From assembly GCA_951406725.2 (NCBI GenBank), contig OX597817.1, positions 104,780,001 to 104,844,000 on the forward strand: a DNA stretch of 64,000 nucleotides. Direction: 5' to 3'. Below, in pieces: positions 1-10,460 of the stretch (within the stretch, counting starts at the first letter, position 1; every line of letters starts with the position of its first letter). The position numbers and the translations under genes were made by a program. The stretch is from Octopus vulgaris. Lineage: Eukaryota. The notes below the pieces were generated by a model. The model ran no database searches. It was not told where the DNA came from and saw only the letters and a program-made list of their open reading frames with translations.

Positions 1-177
1 ACAAATACATATATATACGACTGGCTTCTTTCAGTTTCCGTCTACTTCAACCTCTCACAAGGCTTTGGTTGGCTTGAGGCTCTAGTAGAAAACACTTCCA
101 AAAGTACCACACAGTGGGACTGAACCCTGACCCATGTGGTTGGAAAGCTTTTTACCTCACAGCCACTCCTGCACCTT
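1..177 (-). mobile_element. tRNA-derived SINE (dominant family of this window), 5' part
   Basis: Reverse complement reads GGTGCAGGAGTGGCTGTG...GGGTTCAGTCCCACTGTG (A/B-box-like head), matching many other copies in the window. Confidence 0.85.
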
Positions 178-183
178 ATTATT

Positions 184-625
184 TATGTGGTCTGATCAAT
201 AAGTATCTGGACTGTTGCTATAATAATGAAGCTGAAGCATGCTTGGCAGAGATTGACTTTGAATTCTGCTGTGCATGCGCACTGTCCTAGCTCACTTCTG
301 CAGTTTACAGCAGTGCTTGGAAGGAAGGTGTGTAGCGTGTGATCATCGTATTCACCATTATTGGGAAAGTTGAGCAGAAAATCTGCATCAAATTTTGTCA
401 AAAGCTTGGGGATACCTGCTCAGAGGCCTACGAAAAGTTTTCATCGTTCTTGACACAATCAAGATCTTGTGCAACTGAAAGCAGTTTTTTTTACACAACC
501 TTGGCAGACATGTGTCTCATAACCAAATCTTCAGTGGTAATGGACTGAACTGAACCATAACTAATCTGCACATCCTCTGATAACTCACGGATGGTAATTC
601 GATGATTTCACCTCACAACAGCACT
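184..625. mobile_element. Mariner transposon relic with internal inversion
   Basis: TA plus TIR-like TGTGGTCTGATCAATAAGTATCTGGACT at 184-213. The + strand encodes EQKICIKFCQKLGDTCSEAYEK (mariner N-terminal HTH). The - strand at ~625-440 encodes RITIRELSEDVQISYGSVQSITTEDLVMRHMSAKVV (second HTH/WVPK region). Confidence 0.85.
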
Positions 626-629
626 CACA

Positions 630-1070
630 TCTATATCTATAAAAGGCAGGATTTGTGTGTATGCGTGAATATAATTTATGCACATCCACAAATTAGCATG
701 CATGTCGCTCCAATTTTCGAAGGACATTGGTCACAACCAAGGCTGTATTTTTGTCAACTTATTCTGCCTGAGGCACCCACAGATATCGGTAAAAATTGAT
801 TTTCAACCATAACTTTAACCAATTTCCACATCGGTGAAATCCATAACTTAAGTTAAGTCCCCTGTCTAGCAATGGCCGAAAAAGAAAACAAAGGGTAAAT
901 TTTTAGATTAATACCCGCACAATTTTCACTAACAAAAAAAAACTAGGATTTTTTGCGTGGAACCAAATACCCTGACCTCCTGATATGCTGCAAATCCCTT
1001 GTTTTGGTTCGAAAAAAGGAGGGTAGGGCGAGGGAGCCCCCACCACCACCACCACCATCCCGGAATCTTA
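630..1070 (+). mobile_element. Non-autonomous Helitron, 5' part (3' end not found)
   Basis: A|TCTATATCTATAAAAGGCAG 5' terminus. The next ~180 bp closely match the complete Helitron at 19878-21093. Confidence 0.75.
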
Positions 1071-1526
1071 TTGATTAGACCTCGTGTAAATGTTTTGTGA
1101 AATATAAAATTGTTTTAATTTTGTTATTATTTAAAAATAATAACATTATTTAAATTTATATTTATTTTAAAGTACCTGTTAAGATATTTAATTACTTCAA
1201 ATATATAACTGTTTGATTGGAATGTTTATTGTGGAGCGCTCTGAATGTAAGCAAAGGTTTTGTTAATCTGCGCATATAACATTTTCCCGACAATTTGTTT
1301 TTGTTCCATGACACTTTGGTATATAAAAAGTGTTGATATTTTCGTTTTTCTTTGTCTCGTTTTATATTTGGTACGAAACTGCAACAAAACTTTGATTATC
1401 TCATTAGTTGTAGTTGAGGTTGCATTGATTTCGTTTGAATTCTTGGCAGACTTTAGAAATACCTGTCACTACCTCATGTGGAAGGGAAAGGGCAAGGAAT
1501 TGGGAGGCTCTCTCTCTTTTTTCCAT

Positions 1527-1845
1527 AGGTATGGCTGTGTAGTGATAAAAGTATGTTTCGGGTTCAGTCCCACTGTGTGGCACCTTGGGCAAGTATCTTT
1601 CACTATAGCTCGAACAGACAAAACCTTATGTGTGGATTTGGTAGACGGGAATTGAAATAACCCCCCCACACACACACACCGGTTGACAACGGGTGTTAGT
1701 TTGTTTACGTTCCCTTAGTGATTTAGCAAAGTAGGCCGTTAGAATATATACCAGACTTTAAAAATAAATACTGGGGTCGATTTGTTCGACTAAAATTTTT
1801 CATGGCGGTATCCTAGTGCGGCTACAGGCTGAAACAAATGAATTA
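1527..1845 (+). mobile_element. tRNA-derived SINE
   Basis: GGTATGGCTGTGTAG...GGTTCAGTCCCACTG head, internal (CA)n and CTGAAACAA tail, as in the other copies. Confidence 0.85.
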
Positions 1846-1870
1846 CGATTCTTAAAGAATTTTTATTCAA

Positions 1871-1940
1871 ATAATAGTGTTACTCAGAGTTTTGGGTCCA
1901 TAAAGCGCTTGGTTTTACATACATCTCATCAGACTGTAAT
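1871..1940 (-). ncRNA. Degenerate hammerhead ribozyme motif, copy 2
   Basis: - strand: CAGU-CUGAUGA...AAGCGCUUUAUGGACCC-AAAA-CUC(U)GAG-UA-AC. Shares 14 nt of stem II with copy 1. GAAA is mutated and stems I and II are decayed. Confidence 0.5.
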
Positions 1941-1982
1941 GGCTGGTGGTCTATAACCTTATGTATAAAGTTAGATAAGTCC

Positions 1983-2055
1983 GGTTTATGGTATTACCTT
2001 GGGTTTCACATCCATAAAGCGCTTTGCTTTATGGTGTGTCATCAGATCCCAAACC
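1983..2055 (-). ncRNA. Type I (minimal stem III) hammerhead ribozyme motif, copy 1
   Basis: - strand: GGUUUGGGAU-CUGAUGA-C-ACACCAUAAAGC(AAAGC)GCUUUAUGGAUGU-GAAA-CC(CAA)GG-UA|AUACCAUAAACC. Core boxes are present and all three stems can pair. Confidence 0.7.
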
Positions 2056-2481
2056 TGTTGGCTTATGGCCTCTCTCGAAAATGGAAGAGGAAAGGACCTC
2101 GCTATTCAATGTCAACAACACATATATTCTTGCCCCCCCCTAATTCCGTGCCCTTTTCCTTTCCCATAAAATATTGATAGCTATTCCGAAAGTCCGCTAC
2201 ATTACATAGGTATCGGTTTTGAAGAAGCCTCTGCATACCCGTTCAACCCATTTGAAATAGTAATCAAATCTCCATCATACCTTACCGTTTTTTTTTTTAA
2301 GAATACGGACAATATCAGAAACTAGAATATAAATCTAAGAATAGTCAAAATCTGCTGGAAATAATTCATTTATGAGGACGTCACATCATTGTTGTTTTAG
2401 TCCGAGTAGACTGTGTCTGTCTTCTATTATAATTTACATCTGAGATGCATCTCAGCTGATACTTTATTTTATCAACTGAAG

Positions 2482-2708
2482 ACTACTTGAGAACAGTGGT
2501 CCCGGTGCACGCACTCTCGTTGTTGCGCATCCGCGCTGGCTAATCGTGACTAGTCGATCCTACAACGACTACCTAGCAAAGTAAATAAAACACAAAAACA
2601 CAAAGTAAATAATTTTTAAAACAAAGTAAATAACACACAAAGTAAGGATCGACTAGTTATGACTAGCTAGCGCGAGTGCGCGCACCGAGACCACTGTTCT
2701 CAAGTAGT
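2482..2708. mobile_element. Foldback MITE with long terminal inverted repeats
   Basis: ACTACTTGAGAACAGTGGTCCCGGTGCACGCACTC pairs with GAGTGCGCGCACCGAGACCACTGTTCTCAAGTAGT. An inner arm CGCGCTGGCTAATCGTGACTAGTCGATCCT pairs with AGGATCGACTAGTTATGACTAGCTAGCGCG. The A-rich spacer carries CAAAGTAA repeats. Confidence 0.85.
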
Positions 2709-3479
2709 ACCGACTTAAACGGGATTTAAACTTATAACCTGAGCAGATCTATCATCGAAGACGTTCGAGCTGTGATCATCCCACCTTTTCTCAGTCGTAG
2801 TGTACAAAATATTGCATATTCAAATGTCTTTTTTTCTTCTTCCCCAGAACAGTTTCGTTTTACTTTGGTAGCAAAGGTCATATCTAACATTTTGATGACG
2901 AATGTAATTTTATCTTCTTACGTCAATATATTCTCGATATTTTGTGCAAGCATAGCTCTGTGGATAAGAATTTCACTTAGCAATAATTATGTGGTTTTGG
3001 GTTCAACCCCATTTTGCAGGTCTTTGAACTTGTGTATTTTACTATGGCGATATCTGGGCGACCTTTCTGATTAAACGTGTTGCTTTCACTTTATCAAACT
3101 TTATCAGTTTCGTGAACGCTGGATACTTTTTAGGCTGCGCTGAGGTCGGCTTGTTCAGTGTAATTATGAATGATTTCTGTTGCTCATTTTTTTTTTGCTA
3201 TTGATAAGGCAAGAGGTTGCCATTGATAATTTAAAAGAAAAATTGGACTGTATGTTTTAATTTATAAAAAGTTACTTCCTTCGTCATTCGCCATCAGAAA
3301 TGGAATGAACCTGTGAGTGGTTGGTAACTAACTACGTTATTGTTTACTACTACACATCTATCTTTAAGGTTCATGAATCACGGTGTCATGTGTCATGATG
3401 TTTGTAAACAAGTAAGTCATCTGTCATAAATCGAAATAGCCAATACCTACACAATTGTACCCAATGCATACTCGTGTAG

Positions 3480-3864
3480 ACACCGATTATATCGGAATTT
3501 GTTGTGGAAGAGTTTTCGGAGAGGGCGGGAGGAGTTTCGGATAATTGGCACGAGTCGACTTTGTTTCCTCATGACTTTCAGAAAAAAGGGTATTTTTTAA
3601 TGAAATTTCCTACAAATGCCTTTCAGATAGTTTACATTACCATAATAATACCACTTGCTTCAAATGACTTCTTTGCTGACAGTTACGAAAGAATACCTAC
3701 GTTACGATTATATCAGAATTTCATGTGAAGAAAAAATTGGTTGGCGCGCTCACATATATACAGACACGCTTCACATAGTTTTTTTCGTTATAAGTGATGT
3801 GTGTCAGTATGTGTGTGTACACCTACCAATTTTGTTAATCGTAAACTGAAATACTCTCTGAAAG
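3480..3864 (+). promoter_or_regulatory. Probable promoter and non-coding first exon of the UMAD1-like gene
   Basis: Locally CpG-retaining region with a GC box (GGGCGG ~3522), ATTGG boxes and a candidate donor AAAG|GTATTT at 3864/3865. The coding exon at 7121 has an acceptor 2 nt before its ATG, so an upstream UTR exon is required. Confidence 0.45.
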
Positions 3865-5537
3865 GTATTTGTAGAAAATTTAATTTAAAATATCTATTTT
3901 CTGAAACATGTATGTATTTGTTTTGCAAGATTCCTAACGTGAAATTGTGTTGAGCCATTGTTATATTTCGGGATGGTCGTTTTTTTTTCTTTCTGTTTTT
4001 TTTTTCCTTGCCAAATAAACACACACACACCATATATTAATTCATTTAAAATATAAGGGCTTTAGAAATTATATATTAAAAGCTTGAGAGTTTTGAGAAA
4101 CGTTGTCCATAAATTTGTTATACACAAGTATGAAGGATTAAAGTGAATAGTTAATCAGATTTTTATCATCATTATTATCGTTTTAACGTCCACTTTTTCA
4201 TTCTTGCATAGAACAAACATAATTCATTGAGGCAGATTTTCTATGACTGGGTACCCTAATTATTACTGACCCTCATCTGTTTCCAAACAAGGTGATATTC
4301 CCCAAAGTCAGACATGTTTTCACAGAAGATTGGAAGCAAATAACACTGCTTGTATGGACGTTGTGCTTATTTACAAATATCGCATGATGTCAAAACAAGG
4401 GTGGTGGGACGCACATAGGATCTTTTCCTTTTGAACGGCAGTTTTCAACACAATTTCTAGTTAACTAAACACTTTTAAACTTCGTATACTGGTAGAATGT
4501 GTCAAAATAAAACATTTTTTCTCTTGGCTTTCTTGAGAAAATTGTAATTTGTAAGTTTAACGTAGTTTAATTTTTCGAACTTTAACCAATCCTATGCCCT
4601 CTATTGATCTAAAATCATTTGCTGCGTCTAAAACCGCACATACACACACGATGGGCTTCTTTCAGTTTCTGTCTGTTTAAACCATCACAAGATTTTGATC
4701 AGTGTAGGGCTATAGTAGAAGACACTTGCTCAAGATGCCACACAGTAGGACTTGAACCCAAGCCCAGTAAGTGTAAAAATTGAAAATTTTTATTCATCCT
4801 ATCATTTTATGAGGTGATGATGATCTTGTGTCTCCAAACAATTCTTGGGCTCTGAGCACATAGTCTGTTCTATTTGAAGATCAGTACTCTGGTACATGAG
4901 AAATTATGAGAGAAAACAAGGTTAATGCAAAAAATGGAAAGGTGAATAAAAAAAAGAAAATTAGAGTTACATCCTCTTCGATCTTATAAGCCATAATTTA
5001 AACTAATTGTCTTAGGTCCTTATTTGGGCGTATATTTATCTATGATTGTTTATCTGTTGATCTATGTGTGTCTTGATATATATTAGTTTATATTGTGAAT
5101 ATATGCGTAATGGCTTGTCTATCCCTGTATGAGTATGTGTGTATAAATATATCTATTTGTGTATATACATACATATGTGTGTTTATTTCTATTACTTTTA
5201 TCTTTTGTGTTAGTATAATTTTATGGCTTGTGTATGTGAATTGTATTTGTATGTATCTGAGAGTTGTATGTTGTCACTAAATGACTCAGGCTGGATGATA
5301 TTTGTGTGGAAAATGGCGCTGGTGTTAGTGTGTTTCATCTCATTATCTGTTCCTCTGACATTCCATTAATGGCTTTTTTGATAGCCTAGTTTGTTGATAA
5401 GGTTATAAGTCATTATCCCATCAAAGTCTAGCTTTGATTTTCAAATTCACTCTCTGATTGTCATTCAGATGAGGGAGTCAAAAAAACATTCATTACAAGC
5501 CAGATCTTATGTGTTAAATTTTGGATTTAATTTTTTA

Positions 5538-5618
5538 TTCACCTGAAGAAAATGGTTTTTATTCATGATGTAACTAATTTGTTCATGAAAAGAAAGTGTC
5601 TAAAACAGCTACAGTGAA
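5538..5618 (+). ncRNA. Decayed minimal hammerhead motif (Penelope/retrozyme type)
   Basis: TTCAC-CTGAAGA-(hairpin TTCATGA...TCATGAA)-AAAA-CAGCTA-CA-GTGAA. Stem I TTCAC/GTGAA is perfect. The expected GAAACAGCTGTA carries three transitions. Confidence 0.45.
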
Positions 5619-5934
5619 CCTCAACCTATTTATGTTCTGACTTATTTTATACCATACCTAGAGCCTTCCCTACATTGGTTCTGGAACTTAAAGTGGACCA
5701 TGAAACTGCATATCAGAGTACGTCTGTGTGATTTTATGAGTACATGTTTAATTATATCAATAAATATATTGATCTGTTCATGTGCATTTATATAGAAATG
5801 GCAAGAGAAATCCATATATACATTAATATATGCATCAGTGTCCGTATATACTGTTGATGCATGGATATGTTATTCTCAACCCTAACTTGGTGTCCTTACT
5901 ATTAAAGTACCTTGATTCACTTGGATCCTGCAAT

Positions 5935-6272
5935 GCCTACCACATGGTTTCAGGTTTAGTCCCACTGTGGGCACCTTGGCTAAGTGTCTTCTACTATAGC
6001 CTAAGGTCAACCAAAGGATTTGGTAGATAGAAACTGAAAGTAGCCTGTCGTGTGTGTTTGTGTCTATATTTGCCCCCCATCACTGCTTGACAACTGGTGT
6101 TGGTGTGATTACATCCCTGTAACTTAGCAGTTCAGCAAAGGGGAATGATAGAATAAGTGCTAGGTTTTAAAAAAATGTCTTGAGGTTGATTTGTTTGACT
6201 AAAACCCTTCAAGGGCAGTGCTGCAGCATAGCCACAGTCATATGATTGAAACAAGTAAAAGAATAAAAGAAT
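5935..6272 (+). mobile_element. tRNA-derived SINE, 5'-truncated
   Basis: CCACATGGTTTCAGGTTTAGTCCCACTG...GAAACAAGTAAAAGAATAAAAGA matches the family. Confidence 0.8.
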
Positions 6273-6764
6273 ATACGTATATATGATTGTTTTATTTTTT
6301 GTGCCTGCTTTTTCATGCTGGCATAGATTAGACAAAAAGTTATTGAGGCAGTATTTTATGGCTGGATATTTTTTGTCACCAGCTTCATTATTTTACTCAC
6401 ATGATGTCATGTGAAGACACACAGTTTGTAAACATTGATGCACACACATACATGCACACATATATGAATGTCAGGCATCTATACAGTTTCGGTCTGCCAA
6501 TTCCACTCACAAGGCATTGATAAACCCAAGGCTATAGTGAAAAATACTTTCCCAGTGACATAGAAACTGAAACTACACAGCTGTAATTGTTTTATATGTG
6601 TATATAAATAATATATAATTATGTTTTCAAAAAAGATACCTTTGAATAGCATAACTCTTAGTTTTTTAATGATGAAATTGTATTTGAATAAACACTTGAA
6701 TAGATTGTAATTTTTATGGGAACCAGGCATTTTATCTTGGTAGGTTTTTTTCAGCTTGAGCAAG

Positions 6765-7080
6765 AGTCTTGTACTATAACTTTGGGCCAATCAAAGCCTT
6801 GTAAGTAGATTTGGTAGACAGAAACTGAAAGAAGTCTGTCGTATATATATGTGTGTGTGTGTATTTGTGTTTGTTCCTCTCACACTGCTTAACAATCAGT
6901 GCTGTTGCGTTTATGTCCGTGTAACTTAGTAGTTCGGCAGAAGAGATTGATAGAATAAGTACTAGGCTTAAAAAAACAAAATGCACTGGGGTTGATTCAT
7001 TTGACTAAAAATACTTCAATGCAGTGCCTCAGCATGGCCACGATCTAACGACTGAAACAAGTAAAAGATAAAAAAATAAA
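6765..7080 (+). mobile_element. tRNA-derived SINE, 5'-truncated
   Basis: TACTATAAC...GATTTGGTAGACAGAAACTGAAAGAAG-(TG)n...ACTGAAACAAGTAAAAGA. Confidence 0.8.
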
Positions 7081-7122
7081 GGAAAGATTTGTCTAAAATA
7101 TTGTCATGTTATTGTTTCAGAT

Positions 7123-7308
7123 ATGTTTTCTTTGCTGGCAAAGATAAAAACTGGTCTGATGGTAAACCCAGTTGAAATAGCCGATGAACAGAAAGAGACT
7201 GACTATGAAGCTGATGGATTCCTGTTAATTGGAGAAACAGAAGCAGAAAAAGCTAAAGCTTATGGTAGAATTATAAGTGTATCTAACATGTCACCAATCT
7301 ATGGTCAA
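7123..7308 (+). CDS. UMAD1: UBAP1-MVB12-associated (UMA) domain protein 1, coding exon 1 (62 aa)
   Basis: Acceptor TTTCAG|AT-ATG, donor CAA|GTAAGT (phase 0). EADGFLLIGETEAE resembles human UMAD1 EADGFVLLGDTTDE (recalled). Confidence 0.85.
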
Positions 7309-9039
7309 GTAAGTGTATATTACAACTACTGGAGACTTTTGTTATATTGTATTTGAGAAAGCAATGTCTTCCCCATAATCTGTGCAAGATGATGGGTTCA
7401 GTGTAAGAACATTAGACTTGAAAGTATTCCTTAAGTCAGGTATGCAGGGCCAGTTTTAAGTCAATCAGACAGATTTCTTCAAACTGGGTCCCCTGACACA
7501 CATACTTGAGCAGAGGAGACTAAGATGAATTTTTAGTATATTATTGTGGCTAATGGTGGAGCCTTAAACTCTCAACACTTTTTGGCTGGGACTGATGTCC
7601 TACACGAAGCATAAAACATCATCAATCTTCAGCTTTTGCAGAGTAGAAGTCCCCACAAACAATGCTCTAATTGGGCCCCTGCGCTTCTTAGTGCTGGACC
7701 TGCAGTTATGAGTAACTTTTTTCCAAGAAGCAGTCCATGTAAGATGGTTCATCATCAGGTAGGCCACACTAATAAAAGAATTCAAGGAAAGTTTTCATTT
7801 GCTTGTCATTCAGAAAGTGCTGCAGGTTGCAGTTTGCCTACGACTGCCATGGGTGAAAGTCTTTATTTTTCATCAACATTATGCTATAGTATAGTAAGAC
7901 AACAGGGTAACTAGGAGAGCTTAGGAAGGTGGAGAAGGAGGAGGAATTCTGTAACTGTATAAATTAAGAGAAGTTGAAGAGTTGAAAGTAATTAAGAACA
8001 AGACAAGAAAAGTTAAAAAGTATTTTAGAAAATTTTTTTGTTTAAAAAAATCTCAAATATTGCTTTTAAAAAATTACTTTAAAAAACTTTTAAAAGCTTT
8101 ATATACTTCAAAAAAACCCTTGAAGAAAATGATTCTATAACACTTCACAAAATCTCAAACGTTCTCAAAGAATCTCAAAAATTCAAAGATTTGTGAGTTT
8201 GGAAGTTTGGAAGTTTTAACCAGATATAAGACTCTGGCTTTCGCCAACTCTTTTTTATCTTAGACAAGCCAGTAAGCAAGCCTTTACATGGTTGCTTGAC
8301 TTGCTAGAAGTAACTGCCTAATCTTCTTCAAATCATACCTTACCATCTTAGAAAAAAAGAATGACATGTTGGATATGTGGTCCTTGATCCTTACACATAA
8401 TGGGAAAATAGGATGCTGGTTGGAATGGCTTTGATCATAAATCTGTTTGATCAGGGACGACCTAGGGCTAAACAGTGATAATCACTCCATATCTACATGA
8501 CCTTAAGCAAATATAAAGTAACCATATGTACTGCATTTGGCCATCTCTGAGAAACAACATCACAATTAACTACAAAGAAAACAGTGCACTTCACATCATT
8601 ACAGGCTACATGTGGGTGACTTGTACAACAAAAGGTAAATATTAAAAATGAAATACTACCTTGAAGTTTGTTATTTTGGCAAGCTCCAGCCTTTACAGTT
8701 CCTACTGCTCCAAGCACAAGTGACCCCACCCCACTGATATATCTGCCACACCTCAGAACACATCCTAAAAAAGATAAACACAATGTAGTATTGTTCTGGG
8801 ATACACCTGACAAAATAGTGCAGAGGAACAGCTATTGCCATGTTCTGACGTTTTTTTGCCCACCTCTTCTGTTTTGCTAGAAATACCAGCTAAACCTCCT
8901 TCAGTTGAAACTCAACCATCTAAATCTTAAAATGTTGGAAACAGTAAAATGCTTTAGTAAATTTTCTCACTAAAGCATAGTTTATAACCTCTGTCCAATT
9001 TCCTCTTTATGCATATACATTAGTATGGCATGTAATATC

Positions 9040-9245
9040 AAGGTGGCAGAATTGGTAGCACACCAGGCATGATGTTTAGTGGCATTTCGTCCATCTTCAT
9101 TTTCTGAGTTCAAATTCCACTGAGGTCAATTTTGCATTTTATCCTTTCCAAGTTGATGAAATAAGCATCAGTTGCGCACTAGGGTTGATGTAATTGACTT
9201 ACCCCTCTCCCAAAAATGCTGACCTTGTGCCACAATTTGAAACCA
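9040..9245 (+). mobile_element. Second SINE family (GGTGGCAGAATTGTTAGCA head); related copies at ~15190(-), 23468, 38932, 44476 and 56944
   Basis: Shared GAGTTCAAATTCC B-box-like motif and central TTTGCCTTTCATCCTTTC...GATAAAATAAGTACCAG block. Confidence 0.75.
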
Positions 9246-9821
9246 TGTTGCCTGTAATGTTTTATGGTATACTTCCAATAGAAAAGAAGGTTTAAGAAAA
9301 TAAAGGATTCATTGAACAATGTAGGGTTTTTTGTTTGTTTTTTTTTAAATTTAAAAATAGGTTAAGATGGTAATTGTTGGAATACCTTTGAAGATAGATT
9401 TACTTGATCAAGGTAGCCCTAAGGCTGAACAACATGAGTAGCTCTCCTTATGTGTTATAACACTGATTGATTAGGGATGATTTGAAACTATTCAAAAGCA
9501 ACAAGACTGCAGAAGGAAACTATCAAGTGGAGAAATTGTAACATGCCCATACTGCCCTTCCCTGTAAAATTAACCTCTGCATGCTGGAATGTACAATATG
9601 GTCCTTAGTTAAGTAAAGACATGATCTATCAGAAGGTATGAATCTGAAGATCACTCCTAGTCATTCAATTACATCCCTACATGATATTGGTCTGCTCAGT
9701 CAAGGCTGAAGTACAAAAATCTACTTAGTTTATAGAAATTGCCTCTCTGTCCAGTTTCATATTTATGTATCTACATTAATATTGCATGTAATATTTTATA
9801 GAATACATCCAATTGAAAGTA

Positions 9822-10035
9822 TTTTAGCATATAAACCAGCAATATCCAGCCGAAATATTCTGCCTTTTTTATGTTCAAACTGACCAGTTCCAGACTTTCA
9901 CACTTACCCTACAATATCATTCAACAAATGAACAAACACATCATCGAAATCTCAAAGCTATAAGATAATTAATGGTTAATTCAAAACAATGTGAGTAAAT
10001 AAGCATTACACTTAACAGAGTAATCAGAATGTTAA
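9822..10035 (+). mobile_element. ~225-bp TTAA-type (piggyBac-like) MITE family A; other copies ~19397-19591, 36961-37185, 48424-48651, 49445-49671, 50631-50860, 62203-62425
   Basis: Recurrent body AAATATTCTACC...CTCAAAGCTACAAGATAATGCATG...CAAAACAATGTGAATAAATAAGCATT with TTAACCCTTTAGCAT...ATGCTAAAG(A/G)GTTAA ends. Confidence 0.8.
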
Positions 10036-10142
10036 GAAAATCTGTGTAAAGGAAAATTATCATTTAGCTGCAGTGAGATAATTATTGCTATTTCCAATAT
10101 TTAAGTATTGATAATTAATTCCATTTTTATTTTCTTTTACAG

Positions 10143-10460
10143 AATGCTACTGCTATTGAATCTAGCAAAATGTTGAAATCCAATGTTGAAAATACAAACA
10201 AAGACTGTTTTTTTGAACATCATACACCTTGTAATATATCTCCTTTAAATGGTATTCCATTCAAACTTTCACCTCATTTAGAAATCATTTCAAAATATTT
10301 AGACTTTGAAATTCACAGCATTCCACATGAAAACACTTCTCTACAGAAATATCACTATGACTTTAGTTTTGAAAAATCTTTGCTGCGAGACTTGGACCAG
10401 AGTGATGACAGTATCTCATCTACCAATTTCCTTGAACAACAAGACCTAATAACTTTTTGA
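10143..10460 (+). CDS. UMAD1: UMAD1 coding exon 2 (105 aa + stop), containing the UMA domain
   Basis: Acceptor TTTCTTTTACAG|AAT, in frame with exon 1. LNGIPFKLSPHL...YHYDFSFEKSLL matches the UMA signature (human LSDVPFTLAPHV...FWYDFTLENSVL, recalled). AATAAA motifs at ~11035-11165. Confidence 0.9.
   Translation, partial: NATAIESSKMLKSNVENTNKDCFFEHHTPCNISPLNGIPFKLSPHLEIISKYLDFEIHSIPHENTSLQKYHYDFSFEKSLLRDLDQSDDSISSTNFLEQQDLITF

Noticed and set aside
1228-1461. ~78-codon stop-free frame on the - strand (VFLKSAKNSNEIN...)
   Set aside because: No recognisable homology and no pyrimidine-rich acceptor; not supportable without transcript data.
1883-1936. C/D box snoRNA (TGATGA...CTGA with a short terminal stem, - strand)
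   Set aside because: Short, with no recognisable guide or host intron. Better explained as the second hammerhead copy, though not formally excluded.
1940-1985. miR-9/miR-79-like ATAAAGTTAGATAA
   Set aside because: Seed mismatch and no proper precursor hairpin or 5p arm.
3283-3312. RPA3-like ISDGE peptide on the - strand
   Set aside because: Immediately followed by a stop, with no other RPA3 similarity.
8668-8880. Extra UMAD1 exon (P/T-rich ORF)
   Set aside because: Weak splice signals. The two identified exons already join in frame to give a full-length protein.
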